Assembly: GCA_043228905.1 (NCBI GenBank)
Contig: JBHGNT010000015.1
Location: forward strand, 4,216,001 to 4,280,000
From: Azolla caroliniana
Taxonomy: Eukaryota > Plantae > Polypodiophyta
Direction: 5' to 3'
Length of the DNA: 64,000 nt
In this document: positions 1-12,998 of the stretch, in pieces
Numbering within the stretch: position 1 is the first letter of the stretch
Layout: each line of letters starts with the position of its first letter
Translations under genes and position numbers: made by a program
Notes under the pieces: generated by a model
Seen by the model: only the letters and a program-made list of their open reading frames with translations
Databases searched by the model: none
What the model was told of the DNA's origin: nothing

Positions 1-252
1 CCGAGTCGAGTCGTCAATAAAACTGACGAAGTACGAAGCACCGTCGAGAGGCTGTTTGTGGCATCGGGCCACAGACGTCCGAGTGGACCAAATCGAGGGG
101 ACTCGATTCTCTTGGTGCTGATGTCGGGTGTGATGCGGCTACCTGTTTGCCATACTAGCAATGCTCGCAGAATTGGTGATCCGAGAAGGAGAGTTTGGGG
201 ATGTAACCGGCTTTGGATAGGTGCGTTATGTCGGCCTTGCTAAGGTGTCCAA

Positions 253-671
253 TGTTGTTCTCTGACCGGACAAGGCCTAACACAAGGTGTCGCGGAGACA
301 CTTCACCAAAGGGTGATTACGGCATAGGATTATGACTCAACGATTACACCGACTTACGTAGGTTACACGATTAGAGCGCTTTTGTTAATTACACGCGTAA
401 GATATAACAGTAATTACAGAACGGAAATCAACACAGAAGTATAAACACCATACGCTCTATTAATTATCCGCTGCGATTACAATGGGCTCCGGGCCTTTAA
501 ATAGGTTTCCGGTCCGTAGTACAAAACGGTGCCTATCGCACCTATTCGGGATCCGTCCGGATCTGGAACGGCATACCGTTTCCAGTCCGTCCGTCCATAC
601 TATGCTTATTTACAACCATACTTAATTAATTCCTTCACTCCGTATTTTGGAGTCCTTGCCGGCCGGTAACA
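253..671 (-). repeat. 3' LTR of element A
   Basis: Matches 9962-10380 with about 3 transitions seen by eye. Confidence 0.95.
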
Positions 672-673
672 CA

Positions 674-711
674 TGGCACGCCCGTGGGACAGTACCTTGT
701 ACCTCGAACCC
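674..711 (+). promoter_or_regulatory. Inverted tRNA-Arg-type primer-binding site occupying the PPT position of element A
   Basis: TGGCACGCCCGTGGGAC 2 nt from the LTR, then hairpin AGTAC-CTT-GTACC, then TCGAACCC; no purine tract on element strand. Confidence 0.75.
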
Positions 712-723
712 TTCTCGGCCCCT

Positions 724-3404
724 TCATTGTTCACCCAAATTGTCCAAAATACTTTGTTCCAGAGTTTCCAATTGTTCTTCCGGTTGTGGTTGTTGCGGCT
801 GTGCTTGCTGCTGCTGCTGTGGTTGCGGTTGGGACTGAGACTGCTCCGGCTGCTCTATAGGCGGCTGCTCCGTTTGTTTCTCTGACTCCGGCATCCCCGT
901 TTGACTGCTTCCGGTCCGGTCTCCTTCCAGTAACGGTTCCTCATCACTGAGGTTGACCGTTACTGGTTCTCGTGCTTTCTCTTCCCGGATCCGGGACCTC
1001 TCGTAGCTTTCAAACTGGATCTGCGCCTCCAGCCTGTCGTCGTCCAGCTGAGCTACAAGTTGCCGGATTTGCCCTAGTTGGTCCTCTGCCAAGGCTTGAA
1101 AGTCTTCGGCCAGCTCATCTCTTATGCCGGTGAAGTCTTCGGAAGTCAGCATATAGCAATCATCTCCCTCCTTCCGCCGGTTCTCTACGTCGGCCCGAAG
1201 CAATTGGAGTTCCGCCGCGTTCGGGGCCCACTTGGTCCACCATTTGACGGAACCGTTGTCAATCAAGCTCTTGGTCTGGTTCAACCAGGCCCGCATGATA
1301 TCCTGGATGCGACTTGCTCCCATTTGCGCTCTACTTTCCACAACTTGTCGTTCCTCCTTCAACAGTTTGATGAGATTAGCCGTATCCTCCGCCTGCTCTC
1401 TGTAGCGCGTCAGCTGCCCTTGATATGTTGTCTGCAGCCTCTGCAGTACCTCCGCCGCTCTTTCTTTTTCCGCCTGCTGTTGCCTGAGGAGCTCTGTCCG
1501 AACCTTCTCCGCCTCTTCCAACCATCTTCTGGTTTCCGCTTGTTCATTAGCGTATGCCGTTGCGGTCCGATCAACTGCTTGCCGGAGCTCATCCGTCCGT
1601 TCCTTGTGCTCCGTTTGCAACCGTTTATACTCCCGGTGCAAGTGCTCAAATTCCTCCGTTTTTTGTTTGAGCTTGCCGTTGATCTGGCGATGGTTCCGGT
1701 CCTCCCGGTCCTATCCCGGTCCTTTAGCTGCCGGAGTTCCTCTTTCAGGCGCTCCACTTCTGTTTCGGCATTTCTCCGGAGCCTGTCCTTCTCTTGCAGC
1801 ATTTTCTCCTTTTCCTCCTTGAGCCGGTCGTACGCTTGGTGGCCTTTTCGTAAGCTCTCCTCGGCCCGGCGTAGATTCTCAGCAGTCTTTTTGAGTTCTG
1901 CCTCCGCTGCCGTCTTCAACTCTCTTTCGCGGCTCCTCAGCGCTTCTTGGGCAGCTAGCTCATCCTTTAAGTCCGCAAGCTCTTGGGCTTGTGCCGCATT
2001 TCTCTCCGAAACGGTTTCCGTTGCCGGGGTCTGATTGCTATGTACAGGTTGATCTGACGCTTTATTCTGTACATTGCCCGGAGTCACCGGTGCTTGGACT
2101 TGTGTTGTCAAAGCCAATTGAGCCATTTCCCTTGTGACCCTGTCCAAGTCTTGTTCAAGGCTCCGGATTCTGGACCGGGCCGTCTCTAGATCTACGGTTG
2201 TGACGAGCAACCGTTCGTGGTGCGCTCTCTCCTCCGCCTCTATGTACTCGACCGCTCCGGCGATCTGCTCGCCTACCCACCGTAGCCACATGCTACTGGT
2301 GCCTTGCTGCTGTACTGGTCGGGTCGGCTCGTTCACTGTGGAATTGTCTGGCCTGAGTGCCTGTATCTGCCGTTCTGGTTCTACTCCTTGGCCGTTGTGT
2401 GTGCTGGCTGGGCTCGCCGGCTGTTGAGTTCCGGTTCTCGCCGTCTCCGGAGCCATTGGAATGACTTCTTGTATAGAAGTCGACAAGGCCGGTTCTATGC
2501 GCACCGGTTCCGGTTCCTCCCTTGCGGTTTGCTCAGGTTGAGTTAGGGGCGTTTCTTCCTTTTGCGGGTCAGAACGCTCCCCCGCTGTCCCTGCGGTCCT
2601 ACTTCTTGACCGTCGTTGGAGGTGCTCTACTGGCTCCTCCGTTTCCTCTTCCTGGGTAACGGCATGTATTTGTGCCGTCAAGGGTTCCGGTTCCTTCTGT
2701 CCCGGTTGCCGTATGGTTATCTTAACGGGTCGGACCGGTGACACCTCCTCCAGTTCTGGGAGCCGTTTCTTCCCTTTCGTCGCCTTCGACGCCAGCAGCA
2801 GCTATCGTTTGGACGCGGGTTTCGAGGTGCTTCCTTCCGATAATCTTGGCCGCTTCTTTGGCTGGACGGTCTCGACCGGCGGCGCGAGCAATGTTATCCA
2901 CTGAGCTATGGCATGCCACAGCTTCCGGCCCTCCTTGCCGTCCTTTCCTCGTACCGTGTCGATTGCCGCGCACAAACCGTCTGCAATCAACACCGGCCAA
3001 TCCACCTTGATCCCTTCATAGGTGGCTATGATCATCCCTGCCCGATTTTTTGGCATGACAGGGGGTCGGGGGTACACGTGGCCGTACTCATGGAGCACTC
3101 AAGCTATCTCCCTGAATAGCGGATCTTCGCCGCCCTGCGTTCGATAGCCTTTGCCGGCTAGAGAGTACTCACCGAAATATCGGATGAGTTGCTCCGAGGT
3201 TGGGTTATCGATCTGAAAAATACCTCCCTCCGGAAGGCCTGTTAGCGCACGGATCGCTTCCTCGGTGATGACTTCTGTGTCGAGCTCCTTGATGACCCGG
3301 TCGGCTTCTTTGTGCGGTGGTGCCTCCATGATGGTCAAAAACCCATCCAGTCCGTGTTGCCTGAGCCATTTCCTGGCCGCTTCCGACAGCGTTTGTGGTT
3401 CCAT
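724..3404 (-). pseudogene. Extra 3' ORF of element A (coiled-coil protein), broken by one stop and two frameshifts
   Basis: ORF pieces 3099-3704, 2802-3098, 1410-2744 and 724-1641 are colinear with the intact ORF of element B (LSEAARKWL, YFGEYSL..K.YRTQGG, G..VDW, WA..AAELQ.LRAD.ENR). Confidence 0.85.
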
Positions 3405-3782
3405 GTCTGCTTCGAGGTCGAGGAAAGATGGCGAGGTAGAGTGGTGATGAGAGTGAGAGCGAGAGAGAGAGAGTTCCGAACGTGGGGGTTCTCTGAGTGC
3501 AGGTTCGCGTTTGCTAAGCTTCCACCGCCTTGGTGCTTCTGTGCTTCTTGGCTCGCGAAAAAAAAAGGTCTCCATGCGTTCTGCTTTTTCTCTGTGCGTC
3601 TTGGCGCCTTTTTCGAGCATGCGCACGTCGTGTACCAATTTAGTATTAAGTAACGTGGCGGCTCTTAAATGCCCACTACGTACCTTTTCGCTTCTTGCTT
3701 TCACGTCCGTTCATACCTCGATTTTTAATGATTTCTTTTTTCTTTTCTTTTTTTTTTTTCTTTTTAATGACGGTATGTGATC

Positions 3783-6700
3783 TTACACATCCGTAGGTCC
3801 CTTCGGACCCTTACCGTTTTCCTTACGGGTTGCCGTGTCTTCCTTCGCCTCTGCTACGGGTTCCCCGTCGTCTTTTTCTTCCATCCGTACCGTTCCCGGT
3901 ATAGTGCCGGTGGGCTGCATAAACGGGTTATTTGGCATCGGTCCTTTATAGGGCTTTAGTCTAAATCCGTTGACCCACTTGCCTAGCACTTCACCGGCAA
4001 GTGTCCCTAACTGATAGGACCCGTTGTATTCCCGTGTCAGCCAATACGGGCATGTCCATCTAAACCGGAGTTTACCCGGCATCTTGCCCATCCTCGTTTG
4101 GAATACTAGCACCGGCTTTCCGATTTCGAACATCTTCTCATTACCTTTCCGGTGACGGTCAACGAACGCTTTCCGTCGTCGTTGCTCCAGTTCCATGTGT
4201 AGGATGCTGGCCAGCCGTTGCTCCTCCAGTTCGCATAGTGCTGCTAGTCGCATTTCCTCCGACTCCTTTTCATTCAGCCGTTCCCGTAGTTGGATCCGTA
4301 AGCTTGGTACCTGAAATTCCACCGGCATGACCGCCTCTAAGCCGAACGCTAACCGGAACGGCGTTGTCCAGATACTTGTTTTGTATGCCGTTCGGTACGC
4401 CCATAGCGCGCTATGGAGCTTTGTATCCCAGTCCGTCCGGTTTTCATTGACGATTTTGCGGAGAATGTTCTGGAGCGTTTTGTTGGTTGACTCTGCTAAC
4501 CCGTTTGCTTGTGGGTAGTACGGTGTGCTCCGTTTATGGACCACGGCATAGAACGTTGTTAAGCTTTCAACTACCTGGCCGAGGAAGTGCCCTCCTTGGT
4601 CGCTGATTAATTCAATCGGACATCCATATCGGCACCAAATGTTTTCGTACAGGAATTTTGTTGTGGATGACACGGTGTTGTCTCTCAAGGCCTTAGCCTC
4701 CACCCATTTAGTGCAATAATCTGTTGCCACGATGACATAACGATTACCCGTTCTCATTGCCGGTGGCTTGAACGGTCCGACAAAATCCAACCCCCACTTC
4801 TGGAATGGCTCTAGTGGAAGTACCGGTTGGTGTGGCATCCGTGCTTGCTCCGTAGGCTGGCCCATTCGTTGGCATAGGTCACATTCCTTAGCATACTTGA
4901 CGGCGTCTTTTAACGTCGTGGGCCACCATAAGCCGCTCTGCCATACTTTCCTTGCCGTCGCTTCCCCGGCATAGTGTCCTCCGGCAACCCCACAGTGTGC
5001 TTCCCGTAAGATTACTTGTTTCTCGTCACTACGGACTGCCCGTCTCCATATTCCATCTGCTCCCTTGTGGTAGAGAGTGTCCCGTAACAGACAGAAATTG
5101 CGGCTCTGCACCGCCAGTCGTTTCCTCTCGTCCCGGTTCATTTCCTCCGGTGGCAGGCCGTGCTTAGGAACCGGTGCATGTTTGTCAGCCACCTATCTTC
5201 TGATGCCACCGTGTCGTCCGCTGCCGTTTCCGGGGTGATACGGAATAACTCTGCGTCCGGGAATTCATCCGATACTCCGTCGCCTGATTCTCCGGACTCT
5301 AACCGGCTCAGGTAGTCTGCTACGGCATGTTGGATACCGGGCCGGTGGAAGATCTCGAATTCGAACTCCTGCAACAGCAAGGTCCAACGGGCCAACTTAC
5401 CGGTCAGGGACGCCTTGGACACTAAGTACAGGAGCGCCGAGTGATCCACATGAAAGGAGAACTTCCTTCCCAATAGGTAATGACGAAACTTTGTTACACT
5501 GTAGATCATGCCAAGGGCCTCCCGTTCCGTCGTCGAATAGTTCTTCTCCGCTTGGGACAGCTTCCGGCTGGCGTAATATACCGGCCGGTACCATTTGGGC
5601 TCAGTAAGTTGCATTAAGGCGCTGCCGATAACGATGTCGGAAGCGTCAACGAACACATGAAATTCCTTGCTCCAATCCGGAGGCTGCACGACGGGTGCTT
5701 GCGACAAAAGTACCTTCAGGGCATTGTATGCCTTATCCTCCGTATCCGTCCATTGGAACGGTGTCCGATGTACCGCGGTGTGTAATGGTGTAGCCAAGTC
5801 AGCCAAGTGACGGAGCATCCGACTGTGCCACCGGATCTGTCCTAAGAATCGGCTTAGTGCTTTGGCCGTTTTCGGCGCCGGTGCCCCTAGTATCGCGTTT
5901 ACTTTGTCCGGGTCGACCGCAATGCCCTCCTTACTTACAATGTGTCCCAGTAAGATTCCACTTGAAACCCCAAAGATGCATTTTGCTGGTTTAAGCTTAG
6001 CCGGTATAACCTACACTTTTCAAGGCATAACCGTAGGTGCTGCAAATGGTCTTTTTCCCGGCTATAGACTGCAAAGTCATCCAGGAAAACCTGCATGAAG
6101 GCTGGAATGTATTCGCCGAAGATCTCCATGATGATTCGCTGGAAAGTTGTTGGTGCCGTTTTTAGTCCGAACATCATTACTACGGCCACAAACACCCCCC
6201 ATTCGGTGACGAACGTTGTCTTCTCCTGGTCGTCAGGGTGCATCCGGATTTGATTGTATCCGCTGAACCCGTCTAAAAAGCTATAAACTTCATGGCCGGC
6301 GACGGCATCCAGTACTCCATCCGTGAACGGAAGAGGGAATGCATCCGTAATTGTGGCTGCATTTAGTTTCCTGTAATCTACACACACGCGGATTTTACCG
6401 TTCTTCTTTGGGACGACGACGATGGGGCTCAGCCACGTCGCTTTCTTTACCGGCCGGATGAAGCCCACTCTTAGGAGTTTGTCGATTTCCTCCTTCACTT
6501 TGGCGGCGTAGTTGGGGTTCATTCGGTAACGTCTTTGCGCCACTGGTTTCGCGTCCTTGCCTAAGTGGATCTGATGCTGATATAATTGAGGGTCCAGCCC
6601 TCGCATGTCTTCGTATGACCAGGCGAATACGTCGCGAAACTCCGTGAGAAGTTTGATCATCGCCGCTTTATCTTCCGGCTTCATTTCTTTGGCGATGCTT

Positions 6701-9700
6701 TCTTTACCGGCCGGATGAAGCCCACTCTTAGGAGTTTGTCGATTTCCTCCTTCACTTTGGCGGCGTAGTTGGGGTTCATTCGGTAACGTCTTTGCGCCAC
6801 TGGTTTCGCGTCCTTGCCTAAGTGGATCTGATGCTGATATAATTGAGGGTCCAACCCTCGCATGTCTTCGTATGACCAGGCGAATACGTCGCGAAACTCC
6901 GTGAGAAGTTTGATCATCGCCGCTTTATCTTCCGGCTTCATTTCTTTGGCGATGTGTACCGGCTTTGATTCGTCCTTGCTTCCTAGGTTCACTTCATCGA
7001 GCTGGGATGCTTTTACCCGTTGGGAAACGGCCATTTCCCGTTCCAACGCTTCCTGTGCTTGCCGTAATTCCCGAATCGAATCTTTGTCTGGTTCGGCTTC
7101 GGTTTCGTCCCGCTGCGGCAAGTATGGCGCTACGGCTTCAGCTACGTCCATCTCGAAGAGTGGTACGATCTTCGGGTGTTCCTCCAAGTACTGGGCTTCT
7201 TCGTCGTCTGCCAACCCTTCAAGCATGTTCACGCATTCCGCATACAGCAGTGTGCATTCCTTATCGTTGCTCGTCCGTGGTTGTGTCGGTACCCGGACCT
7301 TGGCTTTTCCGCGCCGGAAGGTAATCATATTTTTCCGCCAATTTTGCTTGATGTGTGCTGTTTTCAACGATGGTCTGCCCAGCAACAGTGGGTACGCGCC
7401 TTGCGCCTGTAGCTGCAGCACTACAGCCGAGATGTGAAATGTGTGACCTCCTATGGTGACCTCCAATTTCCGTATTAAGCTCGTCGGCCGTACAGAGCTC
7501 GTATCCGCCATCCGTAGCCAGAACGGACATGGCTCCCATTCATGTATACCCAAGGCATCACACGTTCGGAGGCTTATTACGTTCACCCCGGAACCTCCAT
7601 CGATTACTGTGCCGGGAAGTTCGTGCCCTTTGACAATAGCTGTAATCACCGGACTACTAGTGTCCACCACCGTCGGTCCCTCCTCCGGATTCGAGAAGAG
7701 GACTGGTGCCGGTGGGGCTATACCGTCTGTCATGACCGTTTTTAGTCCTTCCGTAAATCGCGGCACGAGCTGCAAGAGTCTTCCTAATGGCAACGTGATC
7801 TGACATTCTTGCAGTGCTTGCCATGTCTCGCTTTCTGCGTGGCTACCGCCGGCACTCCCTATGGTATTCGCCTTTTGCCGTTCCGCGTCCGCGACGTTCC
7901 TTTCATTGGCTTCCTTCACCCATTCCGTCGCCTGTTTTCGTATGGCCTCTTGTGTTTCCCACTCTTTGGCCATGCCTTTCGACCGTGTGGTTACTTGCTG
8001 TACATCCGCCACTTCTGGAACCACCATATTAACTGCTGGTCGTTTATCGTAGCTCTTTGTCGGGCACTGGTTACTGTAGTGGCCTTCTTGCCTGCAGTAG
8101 TAGCAGTACTCTTTACGGGTATTGCTGGATTCAGCATTGCTAGTAGCCGGAGTCGGTCCCGTAGTGAGTGGTGCGTTCTGTGCCGGTTGGCTCCTTGGGG
8201 TTCCATGTTCCGGGTCCCTAGTGTGACCACCTTTCTTGAAATTACGTTTCTTATTATTCTTATTTTTATTTCGGTAGTCCTGTCGTGGTGGATCGTAAAA
8301 TCGGCCGTAGTCCTCCTGGTGCCTTCGGTAACCAGGGGAATGGTCTCTGTCGTATTGCTCGTGTCGTCTGTTGGACTCCCGATAACGGTCCGATCGCTCA
8401 TACCGGTCGTAGTTATCATGCCGATCCCTGTACCGGCCATCATTCTCTTGTCTGTCTCCGTACCGGACATCCTGTGCCGGTCGGTACCGGTTCATTCTTT
8501 GCCAACGATCTTCATCTTCGTCTCGGCTGCTTCTTGGCTCGATCCGTCGGACGGGTGGTGCTTGTCGGTTTAGCAGGTTATACTCGCACCGGTCCGTTGT
8601 ATGACTCTTGGATTGACAAATCACACACTGGTTTCGCATGGTGCACTCCACTGCCGAGTGTCCGGCATTCAAGCAGATTGTGCATTGAATTGCCTGCCGG
8701 AACCGGAGATCTTCATCTGTGGGTAACGCCCGTTGCTGTGCTCCCAGTGTAAGCCATGAGCTTGACTTTTCCATTTCTCTGACCCGGTCAATGACCTGGT
8801 CAATGGTGCTTCCTCGAAAGTCGATCACCGTACACACCGTGCGTAACGGTTCCCGGAGTGCGTTTAAAAATATCGTCCGTAATTCCTCCTCCGGGGGTGC
8901 ACGGGCAAGCTGGCTATGCATTCGTTGGAAACGGATGACGAATTGGGGAATGCTTTCCCCTGCCTCCTGTCGGATCGTATAAAACAGGCCCACCATTGTC
9001 GTCTGGTCGACCTCCTTGTGGAAAAAATGCAAGAATTTTGCTTTTAATTCTGCAAAGGTTGTGATGGTCGCCGGGTCCTGCGTCCGCCGCCATCGTGCCG
9101 CTGGTCCTTCCAACGTGACCCCGAATTCCGCTATCTTCGAGCGTTCTTCTTCCTCCGGTGTCAGTCGCTGGGACGCGTGATTTGCTTCCCATGTCTGCTC
9201 GAAGGCATGAACATGCGCTTCCGCGTCCGGATCATCGCGATACTTTGAGTATTGGAACGGCATGTCGTCGTCCAGTATTAGGCCGCGGTTTAGTGGCGTT
9301 TGTTGATATCTTTCCGGTTTTCTCTCCGGTTCCACTTCCGGTTCTTTTGCCGGTGCTTTTTCCGGTTCCTCTTCCGGTTCTTTTTCCGGTTCCTTCACCG
9401 GCTCTTCTTTCGGTACCTTCGCCGGCTCTTTCGTTGGTGTCGGTGGCTTTGCTTCTTCCACTTCCGGTGTTGGTGGGTTGACGGCTTCCGTTTGCGGTTC
9501 CGGATAGCCCTGGTCGAACGGTTCCGGTTCTGGAGTCGGCACGGTATCCAACCCGTCGTCCTCCGGGCCGCCGGGGGTATCGTTGCTGCTCCGGTAGTTC
9601 GTGTGCACGCTGTATCCCCCTTCGGAATCCGATTCGTAGGCTGAAAAGGCTTCTGCCTCGTTTTCTCCGCTTGCCAGCGCCTCGAGGAGGCGTTCGGTTT

Positions 9701-9908
9701 CCCGGAGACTACTTAGACCGCTTCCGTCGTCCTGGTCGCGAGTTTGCTGTAACCGAAGAGATTCCTCCGCGACTCTCCGGATCTCGTTGGAGAACGAACG
9801 ATCCGAGCGAATTTCGTGCGCTGCTTGCTGGAAAGTCTCACGCCGTCTTTGCCGTTCGGCGAGGCGTCGAGCTCGGTCTGTAACCAGGTCGTGCGTTGGT
9901 CTCGTCAT
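3783..9908 (-). pseudogene. gag-pol of element A, frameshifted
   Basis: Gag with 3 CCHC knuckles, protease VIDGGSG, RT FLDDF, RNase H VDASD, integrase HHCC and DFVGP; split over ORFs 6681-9908, 5935-6684, 5138-5818 and 3783-5192. Confidence 0.93.
6440..6953. repeat. 257-bp tandem duplication in the RT N-terminus of element A
   Basis: 6440-6696 and 6697-6953 identical except one G/A; peptide MKPEDKAAM...RPVKKA appears twice. Confidence 0.93.
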
Positions 9909-9944
9909 CCATTAAGCCGTCGTTCGCTGCGAGAAAGCAGGAAT

Positions 9945-9955
9945 CGTGGTCGCCA
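9945..9955 (-). promoter_or_regulatory. Primer-binding site of element A (tRNA-Arg(TCG)-like)
   Basis: TGGCGACCACG 6 nt after the 5' LTR; same motif in element B. Confidence 0.75.
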
Positions 9956-9961
9956 AAACTG

Positions 9962-10380
9962 TGTTGTTCTCTGACCGGACAAGGCCTAACACAAGGTGTC
10001 GCGGAGACACTTCACCAAAGGGTGATTACGGCATAGGATTATGACTCAACGATTACACCGGCTTACGTAGGTTACACGATTAGAGCGCTTTTGTTAATTA
10101 CACGTGTAAGATATAACAGTAATTACAGAACGGAAATCAACACAGAAGTATAAACACCATACGCTCTATTAATTATCCGCTGTGATTACAATGGGCTCCG
10201 GGCCTTTAAATAGGTTTCCGGTCCGTAGTACAAAACGGTGCCTATCGCACCTATTCGGGATCCGTCCGGATCTGGAACGGCATACCGTTTCCAGTCCGTC
10301 CGTCCATACTATGCTTATTTACAACCATACTTAATTAATTCCTTCACTCCGTATTTTGGAGTCCTTGCCGGCCGGTAACA
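9962..10380 (-). repeat. 5' LTR of element A with TATA box
   Basis: Direct repeat of 253-671; CTATTTAAAGG on minus strand at 10203-10213. Confidence 0.95.
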
Positions 10381-10385
10381 TCCAA

Positions 10386-11442
10386 GTCGTCTGTGCCATA
10401 ACGATGACACGGGGCTTATGCTTTCGTACTCGTTGAGGTGTGCCTGAACCGAATCGGATTCTTTCATCCGCAAGTTCTAGAGGCGCCGGATCAGATACAT
10501 CTTTATTGCAGTGACCTTCTTTTCATAAGTTTCCGACAGTGTTTTCCATAGTTCAAAAGTTGTCGTGCATGATTGCACTTTGAAGTACACTAACTCCGAC
10601 AAGTGCATCCGAATCGTAGCGCGGACAATTCTGTCCAGCTTTAGCCACTCGTTTGCCTTGTATGCTTCTAGAGGATTTTCATTCTCAATCGGGTCTATCT
10701 GACCCTTGACTATGAGATAGTCCTGCATTTGTTCCTTCCAGAAGTTTGAAGTTCGAACCGTCGAACCTACTTATACTCATCTCCGATGAGCCGGATGTTG
10801 ATGCCATCTGCTTCGGTTTCGATTGGTAAGACTCGGTTTGGAGTTGACTACGAACCTTAGTGGGGTGCAGCCGGTCGGCTCACCCGATATCGTTCTAGTC
10901 GGTTTTGAACCCGAGTCGGTTTGGATGAGCTCCCCTCAAGCGGTTACAATCACAGGAACAGAGTACAGCCGACTGGCTTACTCCAATTTGTGATTTAACA
11001 CAGTGAGATGCGAGCTTTTTGTTTTTTTTTTCTCCCTTCTCTGTTCTTCAAAGAAAACGAAAACGGAATGTTGTGTGGTGTACTATGACGGCCGGCAGCG
11101 GGTTGAAGAACCTCCAACACTCTGATACCAAATGTTGAGGACAAGGTCATCAATGTGGAAGTGCAAGCAACATTCTGTGATGAAGAACCTCTGTATGAGA
11201 ATGAAAGATAGACACACACAGAGAGAGAGAGAGAGGCACAAAGAAATCGTTATATTCCAGTAGCAACAATTACAAAGAATGACAACCCACAACAACAACA
11301 ACCTTAACTAAAGGTTACAAAGACACTTTACATAGTGACTATCATAGGGCAACTGCCCTTTATGCTATTTACAAAAATAGCCCAAACTTGGGCTATCCAA
11401 AGGGACAGTGTGAATACGGCCATTATACACTCATATTCAACA
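10386..11442 (-). mobile_element. 5' part of a Ty1/Copia element (LTR, PBS, gag) interrupted by element A; continues at 1-247
   Basis: LTR 11133-11442 (TGTTGA...TCAACA), tRNA-iMet PBS TGGTATCAGAG at 11120-11130, Copia gag peptide MQDYL...DRIVRATIRMHL...ELWKTLSETY. Confidence 0.85.
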
Positions 11443-12998
11443 CTTTTTCCTCGCAATCGGGCCTGTTGACGATGTTCCGCTATCGTTCCAATCGTGTCGT
11501 TTGTTGAAACGGCTGCGAACTTTTTTAACCACGGCCCAGTCGGATGTGAGCCATTCATCCGTCTCCAACAAGAGACCCACCTTCTCGTGGTCGAGCAAGT
11601 CGACCGACTTCACAAACAGCAGGACCTTGCTCGTATCGAACACGGTCTGGTCTAGTGTTGAGAGTCGTGTGAATCCCTTCTCAATTTCCTAAAGAAGCGT
11701 CGACATATTCCGGCCTTTGTCGGGGCTCTCGACCCAATCCATGAACTCTTTCTCCGACAACTGGAGCGAGTCATCAAAGTCGTACCTTTCGAGGAGCCGC
11801 CCCTCGAAATCCGTCCAATTACGGCAATCTGCTTGCACTTCGAGTACCTAAGCGTGGATGCTCGATGTAACGACTCCAGGGAAACCAGCCAGCCGTCTAC
11901 CTCCAAAATATCCCTCATCATCATTTTGGCCTTATAGGCCTCGAGATAGCTCGTCGCATCTTTGCCATCAAATCGGCCTATCGCGCCGAATATCGACTCA
12001 ATCACTCTATCAAGGGCGCTCGAGGGTTCACCAGGCAGTCGACGGCCACCGCCATCGCCTCTGCTAGCTCGCGCCCCTGCATCTTCAGACTCCTCTGTCA
12101 CCCCTTTCCACATTGGGTTCACCAAAGATGTCGTGAATATCCGCAGGTATGTGTTGGAATAGGGCGGGACCACTAGGGTCTCAGACCAAGGAGCCGGCGA
12201 GAAAAGAAAGGTTGTCCAGATCGGTCTCTTGACAACTTCACCGGATCAGTGTCTGGGCGTGTAAGCCAATCTGGATCGATCCCCTAGATGTCAGATGGTG
12301 AGCGCATAGGCTCAAAGATGTATGTTGTTCCAAACCGGATGCTGAATAGCAGCAATGAGCTCACAGGCTCACGCTCCCAGAAACGCACGCTCAAACAGGA
12401 TCAACGCAGAAATAAAGCACAAGGATACACAAAACACAAGGGAGAATCAACAAACTAACGATTAATAGAGAAATAGAAAGAGTACAACTAGACGCGACCG
12501 GCAAAGGAGCTACGAGCTCAACACTCATGCACACAGACACGAAAAGATGAGCCTCTGGTCGGGAGCACATAGGCTTCCTACGCAAGCAAAGGCCTCACCT
12601 TCTTCCCCGAATCAATGCAGAATGAGAATAGAGGGAATGACAAAGCTTGGATCTCAAACTGACAGCACTTTGTTCCCCCAAAACGTTGATCCCTTCTTCC
12701 GTCTTTTCTCCCTTCTTTTATAGCTCAAGGAGAGAGAGACCATTACATCAAGCTATTACTACAGCCGCTTTCTATCCTTGATTCTCTCCTCAATTTCCTC
12801 CTACCTATCAGTCTTATTCTTCTTTATACATGTGGACATTAAAGTACCCATTCGAACCACGCTACCTAGTACTTATTAGTCCTAAAATATTTACAATGTT
12901 TGTACATAAAGACTAGCTTTGTGTGCATCCATGCACACCCCGTTCACGCGCATCCGGCTCTGTTTTTCGTCTTATGACCGGAATCCTCCACGATAACG
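11443..12998 (-). mobile_element. Decayed Gypsy-like remnant: gag fragments plus probable LTR (~12323-12998)
   Basis: Gag-like peptides FDGKDATSYLEAY and KVLLFVKSVD...LTSDW; TGTTG at 12323; minus-strand CTATAAAAG near 12715-12723; abrupt junction into Copia protease at 12998; ends uncertain. Confidence 0.5.

Larger units (their letters stand above)
253..10380 (-). mobile_element. Element A: full-length non-chromovirus Ty3/Gypsy LTR retrotransposon (Athila/Selgy-like) with extra 3' ORF; disrupted
   Basis: 419-bp direct repeats 253-671 and 9962-10380 (TGTT...AACA); 5-bp TSD TCCAA at 248-252 and 10381-10385; gag-PR-RT-RH-INT order on minus strand; no chromodomain or extra RNase H seen. Confidence 0.96.

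Noticed and set aside
673-885. Antisense ORFs starting MARPW(D/E)S.L..EP in both A (673-885) and B (46891-47319)
   Set aside because: Similarity is confined to the tRNA-like motif and hairpin; the remainder is the antisense shadow of the extra ORF
253-10380. Reading A/B as plus-strand elements with antisense gag-pol, taking TGGCACGCCC as the only PBS
   Set aside because: The TATA box, ORFs and a PBS-like motif all lie on the minus strand, and the other end has no PPT either; disfavoured but not excluded without transcript data
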